Positions 33,965-52,851 of a stretch of 64,000 nt of DNA are shown here, piece by piece (within the stretch, counting starts at the first letter, position 1; every line of letters starts with the position of its first letter). The notes beneath the pieces are model-generated. The model saw nothing but the letters and a program-made list of their open reading frames with translations, had not been told where the DNA came from and ran no database searches. The stretch covers positions 1,568,001 through 1,632,000 of the forward strand of contig CM000152.2 in the NCBI GenBank assembly GCA_000004695.1. The letters are read 5' to 3'. The stretch is from Dictyostelium discoideum. Lineage: Eukaryota. Position numbers and translations under genes: made by a program.

Positions 33965-36051
33965 TTATTGTAAACTTGCTAATTCCATTTTAGTATTAAT
34001 GAATTTTTGTTCTAAAATGGTGTAATCATTTTCCATTATTTTCTTTTCAGATTTTAATTTTTCGATTTGATCCAATAAGCCTTTGATATAGTCATCTCTC
34101 TCTTGTTCAGCGAGTACAGTTTGAGTGAGAGTGGTTGTTTTCTTTATTAATTCTTCTTCAATATTTTTATAGGCCTGAGCGTTTACTCTTCTATTGGTAT
34201 CAGTAATTTTAATAATACCTTTTGGTTGATAAGAATGATCAATAGTGAAATCATTTAAAATACCACCATAGGAAGGATCTAAAGTTTTTGAAGATTTTTC
34301 ACCCAATAAAATTTCACAATTACCAAGTTCAACACCCCATTTAATGTTCATATTTACCTTTTTAATACTTTTTTGGATATTCTTGATCTTTCCTCTCTTT
34401 CTCTCTACCAAACCAACGACTTTTGTAATGAAATTTTTAATATCGGGCATTTTAATTTTCTTTCCAAAAGTTTTTGACTTGAGTGGTTTTTTAAAACCTG
34501 GTGGATATCTCTTTTTCATCACTCTAACTTGAGTACCTTGAAGTTTAACCCAAACATCGGTAACCCAATCATCAATTTCTTTATCGATTAATACTGATTG
34601 TTTAGCTACATCTTTTTGATGTCTTCTTTTGTAGGTGATTAATAAATTTGTATTATCTTGATTTGTGGCTGGTATTAATTCATCCTCTGGAATTGGTAAT
34701 GGTCTAAGTATGGTTGAGGTTGATAATTTTGGATGATCAATACCGTAGGCTTCAAAGGTACCAATCTTAAATACAATAGTTTGACCAATATCATTATTTT
34801 GTAAAATAATACCCATTGATTGAACTTTAATTTGACTTAAAATATCACCACCACCACCACTACCACCACTACCACTATTGTTTACATTTTTATTGATAAT
34901 TTCATCAGGTATAATCGATGTTTTTGCTAAACCACCAATAATTGTATCAATAACACCACCAATAATTTGAGTTGGAGGTGGTGGTTGATCATTTGATGCT
35001 GATGAAATTGGTGAATCTAATGAAATTGTTTCATTTGTAAAGGAATCATCATCTTGCTGTTGTTGCTGTTGTTGTTGATTATTTTCTTCATGAACATCAT
35101 TATCATGTTTTTCTTTTGGTTCTAAAAGATGTTGAAGTGGTAAATGGAAATCCCCATTTTGAATTGAGATATAAGAAGTCCAAAAATATTGTTGTAAAGT
35201 TTTCTCAACCTTATTCTTTATGGTTAAAGTTTTATCCAATTTCTTTTGTTCCAATGATTTTAATCTTTTCTTTGCCTCTTTAGAGATTCTGGATTTCAAT
35301 AGATTTTTTAATTTCTTTGGTGATAAATATTTATTTGCAACGAAATCCAATAACTCTGAATGTTGTGAAGTCAATTTGAAATTGAAATCTGAAGAGATCA
35401 ATGATAAATCAATCTTTGGTATTCTTTTATTGTTTGCCAATAGATGATCATGAGATCTTGAGATACGAGTGAATAAACTAATGGTTGCAGGCTCTAAAAT
35501 GGTAGTGATTGTATTATCATGATCAACATCAATGACTCTCAATGAAACATTCTCCATTTGAAATGAGAACCTATGATCTAAACCAAATTGTGAAATTATA
35601 TCTTGTGGAGCTATTGGTGTGGTGTTATTGATATTATTAGTTGTCATATTAATTAATTGAATACCATCCATTAAGAAAGGAACTGTCTTCCAATCACTAT
35701 GATTACACATTACAAATGATTGTAAATTAATTTGTAGTCTTAAACCTCTAAATGATTCATCAACATTTTCTCTCTCCTCTGGTAATATCAATTGAGTATT
35801 GGTTGCCTTTAAAATTATCTTTATTTGACTCTTCCAATTATTTGATAATTTTAATTTTCTCTTAAATGTATTAATTTTCTTTTTACTTTTTTCAATTACT
35901 GATTTTTTATTTTCATCATTATTAATTTTATCTGATGTATCTTTTTCAATTTTTTCATTTTCATTTATATTATTATTATTATCAATACTATTATTATTAA
36001 TATTTTCATCGGTTGGTTTTTTACTATTATTATTATTATTATTATTATTAC

Positions 36052-36114
<63 letters not shown>

Positions 36115-37062
36115 TGGTATTATTATCGATATCATTTGTTGTTAATGGAATAGTGTCAATTGGTGAAGTAATTGTGACAATATTTTTTGTTGGTGATAAT
36201 TTTTGAATAGCACTATTGTCAATATTATTACCATTTAAATCAGAATGACCATCTAAATCTAAAGTACGATTATGATAATCATTTATTGAACCAGATTCAG
36301 AATCTAAATCAGATTCATTATCAGATTCAGGTGGCATTAAATAAGAGATTAAAGTTTTCCAAACTTTTCTATCACCATAAAGTTTTAAATCATTTAAACT
36401 AATGTTTGATTCTAAACCAATTAAAGGTGGACCTTGTAAATTTGAAAGTGGATCGATTTCATTGGTTTGAGGTGAAGTTGAGTTACTGCTGCTACGATTT
36501 GTAATTGGTCTTCTAAACATTAGATTACCTTTTAGTAAACATTGACCTGAATAACTATTTATATTGATTCTAGCTGGCATTGAATCTGAAGATATCGATG
36601 TAATGGATTTATTATATTTCTTTGTTTGTTCAATATTTGTATTACACAGTTCATTCTTTATTAAACCTGAAGAGAATGATGCAACCTCTTGAATATTCAA
36701 TGTATTAAATAAAACTGATAGGATAGTTTCACGAATTGGTAATTGATAAAAAGTAGTATTGGTTTCACGATTAATTGGTTTAAATATTGTATTGGCTGAT
36801 GTGAATCCAAAATGTAATCCTTCACCTTTAAATCTAAATCCTGAATCTTGTTGTGCAAAATTATCCATCAATTCTAATTGATATCTTTCAATATGAAATT
36901 CATATGAAAAATCTGAATGTTTTGGTGGTGGTGGTGAATCATCATTAATATCACCTCCACTACCACCACCACTCATACCATTACTACCAACATTAATTGG
37001 TGGTGTTAATGATCCATTTGTTGCTGCTGTTATACCATTTGCATTATTATTATTACTATTAC

Positions 37063-37096
<34 letters not shown>

Positions 37097-38195
37097 TGTC
37101 GATGTTGAGGGTGATGATACAGTTGTAGTTGTTGGTGAAGTTGTAGTATTAGAGAAAGCACCTGCAGTACTTTGTGAAATTGGTGTAACATTTAATGGTG
37201 TTAAATTACTTGTAGATGATAAATCTGATTTACTTAATTGTTGACCATTACTATCTGTTATTGATGTTGATGATGATGATTTATCTTTTTTCTTACTTGA
37301 AAATGATAAAGAAGATTTTAATTTCTTTCTATAAGATTCAAATGGTTGTTGTGAAGATGGTGAAGAAGCTGGTATAGCTCTTGCAAGAGTTGCTTGGAAA
37401 TTATTAATTAAATCACTAAGTGAATGATATTCTGATAAGGTCCATTTCAAATCCAATTGTTTAAAGAGTACTTCAATCTTTGCTGATATTTGAATCCAAT
37501 CTTTTATTCTACGTTTTGAAGAATACAATACTTTCAATGGCATATTCTCAAGAAGTGTTTTTGACATACCACCAATATCTTGAATCTTTATTGTGATTGA
37601 TTTGGCTGTAATTAACTTGTGTAATGATTCAACACCATGTTCTTTATCCACTGCTTTAATTTGACTTAAATCACCTGGTTGAAAATTTGAATTGGTCGAT
37701 TGTATCAATATATCATTAATTTCAATCATTAATCCATCACCATTTAAACTAGCTATATTTAATTTCAATTTCTTTACTTCAATTTGTAAATTCTCTGTAA
37801 TTTCATTTCTTTTCTTTTCTTTATTTTTATTTTTAATTCTAAATATATATAAATAATTTTATTATTATTCTAATATAAAATTAAAAAAAAAAAAAAAAAA
37901 ATATAAATATAAAAAATACTTACTTTTTTAATTGTGAATGAAATGGTTGAATTTCTTCAGGTTCTCTTAAATTTAATGAAATGGTTTGAAGAGAAATTAC
38001 AATTGGTTCTTTTTTAAAACTAGTCCATGGTATTTTAGCTGATAGACTATCACAAGATGCATTTACAATTTGGAATTGTGGTGGAATTAATAATAATTCT
38101 TGTATAATTACTTCATTTAAATCTGAGGAAATAATAAAAATAATAATAGTATTAGTAGTAATTAAAAAAAAAAAAAACTATTATTTCCTATGAGG

Positions 38196-38231
<36 letters not shown>

Positions 38232-38352
38232 TACCTAAATCCACCAAAGTTCCTTCTCCTTTCATTAAGGACATTGAAAAATTATCAGATTTGAAATTTT
38301 TTATAAACATTTTGAAGTACTTTTTAAGTACTTTTGATACAATTGCTTCCAT
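33965..38352 (-). CDS. Chorein-N bridge-like lipid-transfer protein, SHIP164/UHRF1BP1 (BLTP3)-like, 1396 aa, 3 exons
   Basis: Exons are 38352-38235 (MEAIVSKVLKKYFKMFIKNFKSDNFSMSLMKGEGTLVDL, donor GTAAGT), 38122-37924 (DLNEVIIQELLLIPPQFQIVNASCDSLSAKIPWTSFKKEPIVISL...) and 37838-33965. The N-terminus aligns with human UHRF1BP1 (LKGEGELKNLELDEEVLQNML / ASIRIPWTKLKTHPICLSL). The size (about 1400 aa) and C-terminal coiled coil also match. Confidence 0.65.
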
Positions 38353-38756
38353 TTTATTATTATTATTGTTATTTTTTTTTTTTTTTTTTTTTTTTTTTAT
38401 TATATTATAAATATCTAGTTTTTATATATTAATATTATTAATAAATAATTTTAAAAAAAAAAAAAATAAAAAACTATAATATTCCACAGTAATTCAAATT
38501 CTTTTATTATATTTAATTTAAAAATAAAATATTTTGTAAAAGTACAACAATTATTAATACTATAGTAAAAAAAAAGTGTGTTTGTATTTTTTTTTTTTTT
38601 TTATTTATTTGTAGAACACAAGATTAATTTTTTTTTTTTTTTTTAAATTTTTAATTTTTTTTTTATTTTTTTATTTTTTATTTTATTTTATTTTTTATTT
38701 TTTTTTTTATTGCTAAAAATGAACACACCTACGTGGGTTATAATAAAAACTTTTTC

Positions 38757-38792
<36 letters not shown>

Positions 38793-39167
38793 ATTTCATA
38801 TCCCAAACCCCTACCATTTTTTCTCGTTTTTATTTAAAACACATGTTTTGTTTTATTTCGTTTTTTTTTTTTTTTTATAAAAATTAACCAATTTTGCTTT
38901 TTCTAGTATTATTTAGTTATAATATACTTTAATTAGTTTTTATTTTTTATAGGTTATGAATAATGATTTATGGGAAAAGTGAAATGAATAATTTCAAAAG
39001 GACAAATATGGTTAGTTTTAATTGTTAAAAGGTTAATTATTATTGAAAATGGTCGATTAATCAAGTTTAAATCAATTTCATTGGTGGTATTTATAATTTT
39101 CACAAGAAAATAAAATTAAATAAAAAAAAAAGAAAAATAAAAAATCAAAAAATTAAATAAAAAGAAA

Positions 39168-39208
<41 letters not shown>

Positions 39209-40910
39209 AAAACAAAAAATCAAGTCGAAAAAAAAAAAAATGAATCAAATTAAATTATACATATGGTGATTCTATTAAAATCCAGGAAAAGAAAAAAAAA
39301 AAAAAAAATTTTAATTAATTTCATACACAAATTTAAATAATTCAAAAAGAAGTATAATTCGTAAATGGTATTGTATCTTTTTTCCACACAAAAGATAGAA
39401 TTTTAGAATTTTTGAAAAAAAAAAGAACAAAAATCGACATCAAATTAGTGGTAAGAGAATATGGCATTGTTCATATCTCTTTCTCCCCTGTCTCCTCCCC
39501 CCCTTCACAATTAGTTAATTGTTTGCGTGTGTGTGTATTTGTTGTTTGTTCCACATCTCCACATAATCATCAATCAATTAATTAATTGTTTTGTTATTAT
39601 CTTATAATAGAGTATTGTTTTTTTGTTCTATTTATTTTTTCAATATTATTTATTATTTATTAATAAATTTTTTTAAAAAAAAATAATTGCACCACATTTG
39701 TATCAGTTTTATATCTTTTTTTTTAAAATTTTCACTATTTATACAAAAATTTTATCAGTCAATAATTTTTGATCTATCTTTTTTATATTTAAATTTTTCT
39801 TTTTTTATTTTTTTTATTCCATTTTTTTTTTAATCATTTTTATTCTCAAATAATTTATATTTATTTGTTTTTAGTTTTAGTTTTTTTTTTTTTTTGTCCT
39901 ATATATGTATTTTTTTTTTTTTTTTAATTATTAGTATTTTTATTTTTGTTTTTAAAATTTTTTTAAATTTCCACTTTTTTCCAAAAATTATTTTTAATTG
40001 TTTTGTGAATTTTAAAATCAATAATTTGGATTATTATTATTTTAAAAAAAAAAAATTAAAAAATAAAAAAACTCACAATTTGTAAATTGTTTGGAAGGAA
40101 TTGATTTATTAGGGTCGAGAATCACCTTTTTTGTTGATGAATATTAATTTTATAATGGTTTTGTTTGTATCCCAAATAAAACAATCTTGTAAAATTAATA
40201 TTCTTTATCTCTGTTTTTCCTTTTCTTTTCCATATTTCCAACTAAGCTCAATTTGTCTTGTTTTTATTTCTTTTTTTTTTTTTTTTTTTTTTTTATAAAA
40301 TAATAAACATTTTATAATTTTTGAATTTCAGCAACAATGTTTTTATTTTTTTATTCAAAATTCATCTTCAAGAAAAACATTTCCTTTAAGTGATTGGTCT
40401 ATCAATTCCTATCTTTCCAAAAGAAATCCTTTTTTCAAATAATCAATTCAAATTTCCAATTCAAGTATTTTCAATTCGTATTATTTAAAATATTTAAAAG
40501 TATGTACATATTATTATTTATTATTATTATTTTTATTTTTTATTTTTTGGGGGTTGGTTTTAATTTCTGGATTTCAAGAATTAAGGTTAGTTTTTAAATT
40601 AAGTGTATTAAAAAAAAAGTAAAATAATAAAAAAAATAATAAAAAATAAAAATGAACAATATTTTAGTAATTTACATTATATAAAGATCGAACTTTAAGT
40701 TTTATATATTTTTTTTTATTTTCATTTTTTTTTTTTTTTTATTTTTATTTTATTTTTTTTTTTTAATTAAAAAAAAAAAAAGGTTTACTGATATTTAACT
40801 TGATGGGTTTCATTTGGGTCGCTAAAAATAGAGTAAAAAAAATAAAAAGAGTCAGTTTCTTTCTTTTTTTTTTTTTTTATTTATTTCTTTTAAAAAATAT
40901 GTTTTGATAC

Positions 40911-45036
<4,126 letters not shown>

Positions 45037-45247
45037 TTGTATGGAAATTTATAACCCAATTAAAAATTATAAATAACAAATAAACACATATATTTATTTA
45101 TTTCAAATTCTAAGTATTTGGGGCTTAATTTTATTAATAAATAAATAAAAATAAAAAAATAAAAAAAAAAAAAAAAGGAAAAAATTAAAAAATAAAATTA
45201 AAGGCTTTTTTTTTTAAAAAAAAATTAAAAAATAAAATTAAAGGCTT

Positions 45248-45279
<32 letters not shown>

Positions 45280-45621
45280 TTTATCTTTTTTTTTTTTTTA
45301 TTTTTTTTTGTTTTTGTTTTGAAAACAATAAATACCCCTTTAAAAAAAAAAAAAAAAAAAAGTTAAAGAGAGATCTTTTTTTCAAAATCATAATAATAAT
45401 TTAAAACAAGTAATTTAATCTCATTGTTTTTTTTTTTTTTTTTTTTTTTTTTTTTCTTATTATTATTATTATTGTTATTATTATTATTTTTATTATTATC
45501 AATTTTCCAATAGCACAAATATATTTATATATATATAATATTGTAATAATAGTAACTGTAAAAATAAATCAAGATAAAATAGGTAATTAGCAATAATACC
45601 CAATAATAAAAGAACTAAAGA

Positions 45622-45688
45622 ATGAGTCAAAGTGAAGATTACTCTACAGAGAGTCAAAAAAAAGTGTAATTATAATAAACATTTATAA

Positions 45689-45719
<31 letters not shown>

Positions 45720-45732
45720 CTCTCTCGCACCA

Positions 45733-45763
<31 letters not shown>

Positions 45764-46302
45764 CTCGATATTGTTTTTTTTTATTATTTATATTTGTTTA
45801 CTATTATTTTATGTAACTAACTGTTATTTTTTTTTTTAAAAAAAAAAAATTTACGTAAAAAAAAAAAAAAAAAAAAAAAAAATAATAATAAATAAAAAAC
45901 CAACAACTAAAACAGATATACAATTTGGGCAAATAATATTTTAAATAAAAGAAGTTTACATATTTCAGATTTATTTGAAGATTTAAGAGATGGTGTTTAT
46001 TTAATAAACATATTAGAGATATTAACCTCTGAAAAGTCTGAAAACTATATTGTCAAACCAAAGAATAGATTACAACAATTATCAAATGTTCAATTAGCAT
46101 TAAACGTTATTGATAGATGGGGTATTAGTTTAGTTAATTGTAGACCAGAACATTTAGTTGATAAAAATAGTAAAATGATTCTAAGTTTAATTTGGAGATT
46201 AATTTCAAAATTTCAAATTCAACAATTTTTAACTGATGAAGATTTTGGTTTATATGATAATAGTACTAGTAGTGGTAGTGGTGGTAGTAGTAGTGGTAGT
46301 AG

Positions 46303-46368
<66 letters not shown>

Positions 46369-49300
46369 TCATCCAACAGAATTAATTAGATCATTTTCAG
46401 GTATGATACCAAATGTTTCATCAAGAACATCAACAAGTATTAGTAAACCAACAGTAACAGCAAAGGAAGCATTATTGAGATGGTGTAGACGTGAGATTGA
46501 GTCATATACCAATGCAACTAGTATAACGAATTTCAGTAAATCATTTCAAAGTCCACAATTATTCTATTGTTTAGTTCATAAATATTGTCCAGAGAGTATT
46601 GGTAATTTAGAGAGTATTTCGAAACAAGATGAAGTTGATGCGTTAAATAAATGTTTTGATATTGCAGAGAAACAATTAGGTATTCCAAAGTTTTTAACAC
46701 CTCAAAATATCATTGAAGGTCCAATCGATGAATATTGTGTTATGACTTATATTTCTTATTTTTTAAATTATCATAGAAATCAATTACAACCACTACCATC
46801 ATTACAACATTCAATTTCAACTAATTCAACCACTGCCACCACCACTACATTCACAAAAGGTCATCAAAGAGTATCTAGCACAGGTTCAAATAATTCAAAT
46901 GCCTCAACAATTAGTAATGATTTAAATGTATTATCATCAACTGTATCAATATCATCATCATCAACTTCTACAACAGCAGCAGCACCAATAACATCATCAT
47001 TATCAACGTCATTTACAACAGCAGGTTTACCTTCAACTACATCATCATCATCAACAACCACAACAACATCAACTTCACTATCAATACCACCATCACAAGG
47101 TGTTAGTAAAAAGAGAGCATCAATATCAGTTAATACAAATGTTAGTAGTAGTAGTAGTAGTAGTAGCAGTAGTAGCAGTAGTGGTAGTAATAGTAATAGT
47201 AATGCTAGTGGATCAAAAACACCATCACTATTATCTACACCAGAGAAATTAGCATTTACTTCACCAATAAACTCACCTTCATTATTAAATGATAATAAAG
47301 TATCAACTTCACCAAGACCTCAACATAAACCACAACCACCATTATCACCACAACAACAACAACAACCAACTGTACAAAATTCACAACAACAACAACAAAT
47401 TATTGAAATTATAAATAACTTTGCATCAGAATTAAAGAAATTCTCTGAAAGACATGAGGGAATGTTAATTAAAACAGCGGCTATTTTAGATGAAAAAGTT
47501 AATAGATTAGGTGACAAATTAGATCAATTAGAAACGAAAATATCTTCAATGAAAAATGTAATCTCATCAATAACAGAAAATCATCAATGTTCTCATCACC
47601 ATCATAACCATAACCATAATCACAATCAGCAACAACAACAACAACAACAACAACAATACAGTGAAGTAAGTTCACCATATTCTGATAAGAGGATTCAATC
47701 ATTAGTGACCTCACCAATTTCATCACCATCATTAACACCAACCTCACCAATGACTCCACCACAAAATGGAACAAATACAACTACAACAACTACAACTACA
47801 ACTTCAACTTCAACTACAGTTCCAAGAAAAGAAACTCAACAAGAGAAAGAAGAAAGAAGAGAGAAAAGAAGAAGTAGAAGAAAAGAAAAAGAAGATAGAA
47901 GACAACAAAGAAATGCAACATTAAAAAATAATAATACCACCACCACAAATTTCTCTAGTGGTGGTGGTGGAGGAGGTATTGATCCACATGGTACATTAAC
48001 ACAATCATCATCATCATGTTCATTAGTTGATGAAGCACATGATCGTGAAGAGATTAAAAAGATTATAAAATCACAAGCATTGGTTAGAGGTTATTTAATT
48101 AGAAAACAATATAAACGTATAAAGAATCGTAGAGAAGTTGCCCAAGAGATCTTAAAGACCGAAGAAACCTATGTCAATAGTTTGACAGTGCTATTCAATG
48201 AATATCTAGTACCACTAAAGAATGAAAGTGCAGGTATATCATCAATCAGTGCAGACAATGTGAAAACATTGAATAACAACATCAATGTAATCTTAAATAT
48301 GAACAACATGCTTCTCAAGAAACTTCGTGAAAGAATGACAACACCATGGCATTATAGACAATTGTTTGGTGATATCTTTTTCAAGATGAGTGATCTCTTG
48401 AAATGTTATATCGCCTATGTCAATCACTACAATCGTGCCCTCTCCACTGTAAATGATTTCACCAAACATTCAGGATTGAACGAGATGATCAATGCAACCT
48501 TTTTAAGAACTCATCAACAATTGCGTGATCTTATCATTATACCAGTTCAAAGAATTCCAAGATATGTACTATTGTTGGAAGAAATGTGTAAAGTTACAGA
48601 GACCTCTCATCCTGATCATCAACAACTAAGTCAATCGTTAACAAAGATGCAATCGATAGCTGACCATGTAAATGAAAAACGTAGAGATTTTGAAAATGTT
48701 ATTCATGTCTCTCTTTTACAAGATGCTATCACTGGCTTCAATATTATGGAATACTCTTCACTACGTTATATTATGGAAGGTGACCTTCAAGCTCATATCA
48801 TGAGTGGTGGTAGTGGTTTTGGTACTGCTATCGCTGGCGTCGTTGGTAATGCTGTCTCTGGTACCAATGGTGGTGGTGGAAGTTCTGGTTCAAACAGCGG
48901 TAGTGGTGGTTCAAATTCAAACTCTGGCGGTGGTAGTGGTAGTGGTGATCTTGGTAAAGGTGTAACCACTCCATTACATGTATTTTTATTCAATCAAATG
49001 ATGGTGGTTTGTAAATATAAAAAGGGTAAAGATAGTTACTTCACCAATAAAACCCTCTTTGGTAATGTAAACAATGAAAAACATAAATCAAAACAACCAA
49101 AATATAAATATTTATCTCATCATCTTTTAACCTCAAATACAAAATTATCAAGTAATAAATCTGAAAGTAAGTAAATAATAATTCTAATAATAATAATAAA
49201 AAATAAAAAAAATAAATATATTAACAAAACTTTTTTTCTTTCCAAATTATTATTAGATTGGTTTGGTATTGATAATGGTTCAGATTATAAAAGATTTTTT

Positions 49301-49398
49301 GCAAGAACTGTTGCCGAAAAAGATATGTGGGTTCAACATATTCAACCATGCATTGATAAAGCCACCGAAATTAAAACACTCAAAGATAATAAGAAATA
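45622..49398 (+). CDS. Rho-family GEF with CH domain, IQ motif and DH-PH tandem (RacGEF1/GxcDD-like), 1145 aa, 3 exons
   Basis: Exons are 45622-45665 (MSQSEDYSTESQKK, donor GTAATT, phase 2), 45916-49166 (VYTIWANNILNKRSLHISDLFEDLRDGVYLINILE... through the CH domain, poly-Ser/Thr linker, IQ motif LVRGYLIRKQYKRIK, DH domain EVAQEILKTEETYVNSL...RIPRYVLLLEEM and PH domain, donor GTAAGT) and 49256-49398 (NWFGIDNGSDYKRFFARTVAEKDMWVQHIQ...). Confidence 0.75.
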
Positions 49399-49462
49399 AG
49401 TTATCCGGATTTTCATTAGAAATATCACATATTTATTTATAATAATTTAAATTTTAAAAAAG

Positions 49463-49496
<34 letters not shown>

Positions 49497-49568
49497 AAAT
49501 ATATTTAATAAAAAAAAAAAAAAAAGAAAATAAAATAAAAAATTTATATAATTTAACTTTTAAAGAAG

Positions 49569-49600
<32 letters not shown>

Positions 49601-50502
49601 TTTAATCAATGAAGTGATCTCAACAAAATATGATTTCATCCAATCAAATTTTTATTTTTATTTTTATTTTTATTTTTATTTTTATTTTTATTTTCCAAAA
49701 CATTTTTTTTTTTTTTTTTTTTTTTTGAGGACAATTTATAATAATTGATCCCAAATCTCTAGTGTGACGGAATCTTTTTTAAAAACCAATTATTTTAATT
49801 AATTGTAATAATTATGGTTTTTTGATTAATTTTTTTTTCTTTTTTCGTTTATGACCCTCTATCTTCCAAAAAAAATAAAAGATAATCACCTGACTTTTTC
49901 GTAAAATATATTAATTTTATTTTTTTTTGAATTTTTTTTTTTTTTATTTTGGATTTTTTTTTTGATTTGATTAAAAAAAAAGATTTGCTTCTAAAATTAG
50001 GTTCCTTTTTGATTTTTTAAAAAGGTTTATTATAATTAACTATTTTATTTTAATTTTATTTTTTATTTATTTTTTATTATTTTTTTTTAAAAAAACGATT
50101 TTTTTTTTTTTTTTTTCTTTTTTTATTGTTTTATTTTATTTTAAAACATTGTTATTAATATTTCATTGTGTGTGGTTTTTTTTTTTTTTTTATGTTGCCA
50201 AGTTATATATAAACAATTGTCAAATAGTTATTAATTATCCGTACTTAATTACCCCCCCCCCCCTTTTTTTCTTTTTAATTTTTTTTTTTTTAATTTATTA
50301 TTTTTTAATTTTTTTTTTTTTTTTGTGTTTAGATTAATTGATTAATATCATTAAAAATTTTAAAAATCGGCTTAAGGAAAAAAAAAAAAAAAAAAAGTGT
50401 ATAAAAAAAAAAAAAAAAGAAATAAAAAAAATAATATAATTATAGATTAATAAATAAAAACAATAAGAAATTATTTTTTTTTTTCCAATAAAAAAAAAAA
50501 AA

Positions 50503-50713
50503 ATGACACATAAAAAAGATAAAGATAATGAAAATTTATCAGAAAAATTAGAAATTCAAAATAAAGAAATTAAAGAGATTAAATTATCAATAAAAGAAAT
50601 TACAAGATCTATTGAAAATGTTTATCAATTATTATTAACCAATAGGAATTTATGTAGTCATTGTCAACAACAAAAATTGAATAATAGTGGTGGTGGTATC
50701 AACAATACCAACA

Positions 50714-50811
<98 letters not shown>

Positions 50812-51200
50812 CTTGTAAATAATAACCATGTAAATAATAATAATAATATTAATATAAATAGTAATGGCATAAATAATACTATAAATAATAATAATAATGT
50901 AATTAATAATAGTAATGGAAGTAGTAGTAATTTATTGGGAACAATAAATAATAGTATAAGTAATAGTTTAAATAATCATGAACAAATTAAATTTTTACAA
51001 AGAAGTAAAACCTTTTCACAAGAGAGTGATATTCTTACACAAACTCTCACTGATAGAGCAAATTATTTAAATAATAGTTTTCAACAAATTGGAAATAATG
51101 GTAATAGATCCCCAAGAAATATATCACAACCACCATCACCATCTTCACCCTCATCATTATCATCTTCTTATTCTTCAACTTCATCTTCCTCATATTTAAT

Positions 51201-51239
<39 letters not shown>

Positions 51240-52851
51240 TTGTAATAATAGTAATAATAGTAGTAGTAATAATAACAATAGTAATAATAATATAAGTAAT
51301 ACACCACCAAAAGTACCAATATTACATTTAAAAAAAGATGTTTCAAATCCAGGATTAATTAAACAATGGATAAGTGATACAGTTAGAATTAAAGCAGATG
51401 ATAAAAATGTTGATGAGAAAATAATAAAATTAGATATTGGTGGTAAATTTTATTCAACTTCATTGAGTACATTAACAAAGTATCCAAATTCAATGTTGGG
51501 TGTAATGTTTTCTGGTCGTTATGAATTACCACGTGATAAAGATGGTAAAGTATTCATTGATAGAGATGGTAAATTATTTGGTTTTATATTATCCTATCTA
51601 AGGGATGGACCATTATGGATACCACCAGTTGATATGGATTTAAAGAGAAGAGTCGAGGTTGAAATGTCCTATTTCGGTCTCCCAAGTATTCAATATACAA
51701 CTCAAGTCGGTATGAGTCCAATGTCAACACCACGTTGTGTTTGTGATGTTAAAAATCAAACACTCGGTCAAAATAGTGAACATCAAGGTATTTGGGAAGA
51801 AATTAAAGGTATGACTACAGGTATAAAATCATTTAGATTATTAATTACAATGAATAATACATTATATGCAATTACTGAACGTATTCATGAACAATCAAAT
51901 GATATTAGTTTAAATAGTGGCAATAACAATAGTAATAATAATAATGGTAATAATACTAGTAATAATGTCAATAGTAATAATAATAATAATAGTAGTATAA
52001 TAATAAATAATAATAATAGTAGTAGTAATAATTTATTAAATTGTAATATAAGTAGTAATAGTAGTACAAATACAAGTGGTAATAATAGTCCAAGTTTAAG
52101 TGGTGGGTCATCATCAGTTACAATTCAATTTGAAGAATATAATATTAGAAGTAATAGTTGGAGTTATATTTGTCCAGTATTAGATTCAATGACTCCACAT
52201 TATTTTGCAGCTGGAGTAGTTGGTGATAGTATTTATGCTTTCCCCGACGCAGGTTTACAACAATCAATCTTTAGATACGATGCCAAAGAAATGAAATGGA
52301 AAAACACTGAAACCAAACTCCCATGTGGTAAAACTGGTTTCAATTTAGCCGTTTTAGATGATTACATTTATATTATCGGTGGTTATAAAGGTTCAACTGT
52401 ATCTGATTCTGTGGAAAGATATCATCCAAAATCAAATAGTTGGTGTTCAGTTAGTAATATGTTAACAAAACGTGCTGAAGGTTCAACTGTAATTCATGAT
52501 AATAATATCTATATTATTGGTGGTTCAATTCCAAATACAACCATTGAACGTTATAATCCTCATTCAAATGTTTGGTCATTCGTTTGTAACCTCAGTAATG
52601 GTCAATTCAAAGTTTCAACAGCCGCTTCAATTGAAGGTAAAATTTATGCAATTGGTGCTGAAAATGAATCTTATTCAAACAACATTGTACTCCAATTCAA
52701 TCCAACTACAAACTCTTGGAAAAGAGTGGCTCCATTATTGGCAAATTCTTATAATCCTCATAGTTCCGTGGTTTTAGATCGTTTCATTTATTTCATTCCT
52801 TGGGGTGGTGGTGGTTCAAATGTTCATAAATATGAAAGTTGTTTTTGTTAA
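50503..52851 (+). CDS. BTB/POZ (KCTD/T1-type) plus Kelch-repeat protein, 782 aa, apparently intronless
   Basis: The BTB domain is KLDIGGKFYSTSLSTLTKYPNSMLGVMFSGRY...DRDGKLFGFILSYLRDGPLW. The C-terminus has at least four Kelch blades (YIYIIGGY, IYIIGGS, KIYAIGA, FIYFIPWGG). Long poly-N tracts lie between the two. Confidence 0.8.

Noticed and set aside
45963-45968. tttcag as a splice acceptor in the RhoGEF
   Set aside because: The frame is open across it and encodes the conserved N-terminal part of the CH domain. The true acceptor is AG at 45914-45915.
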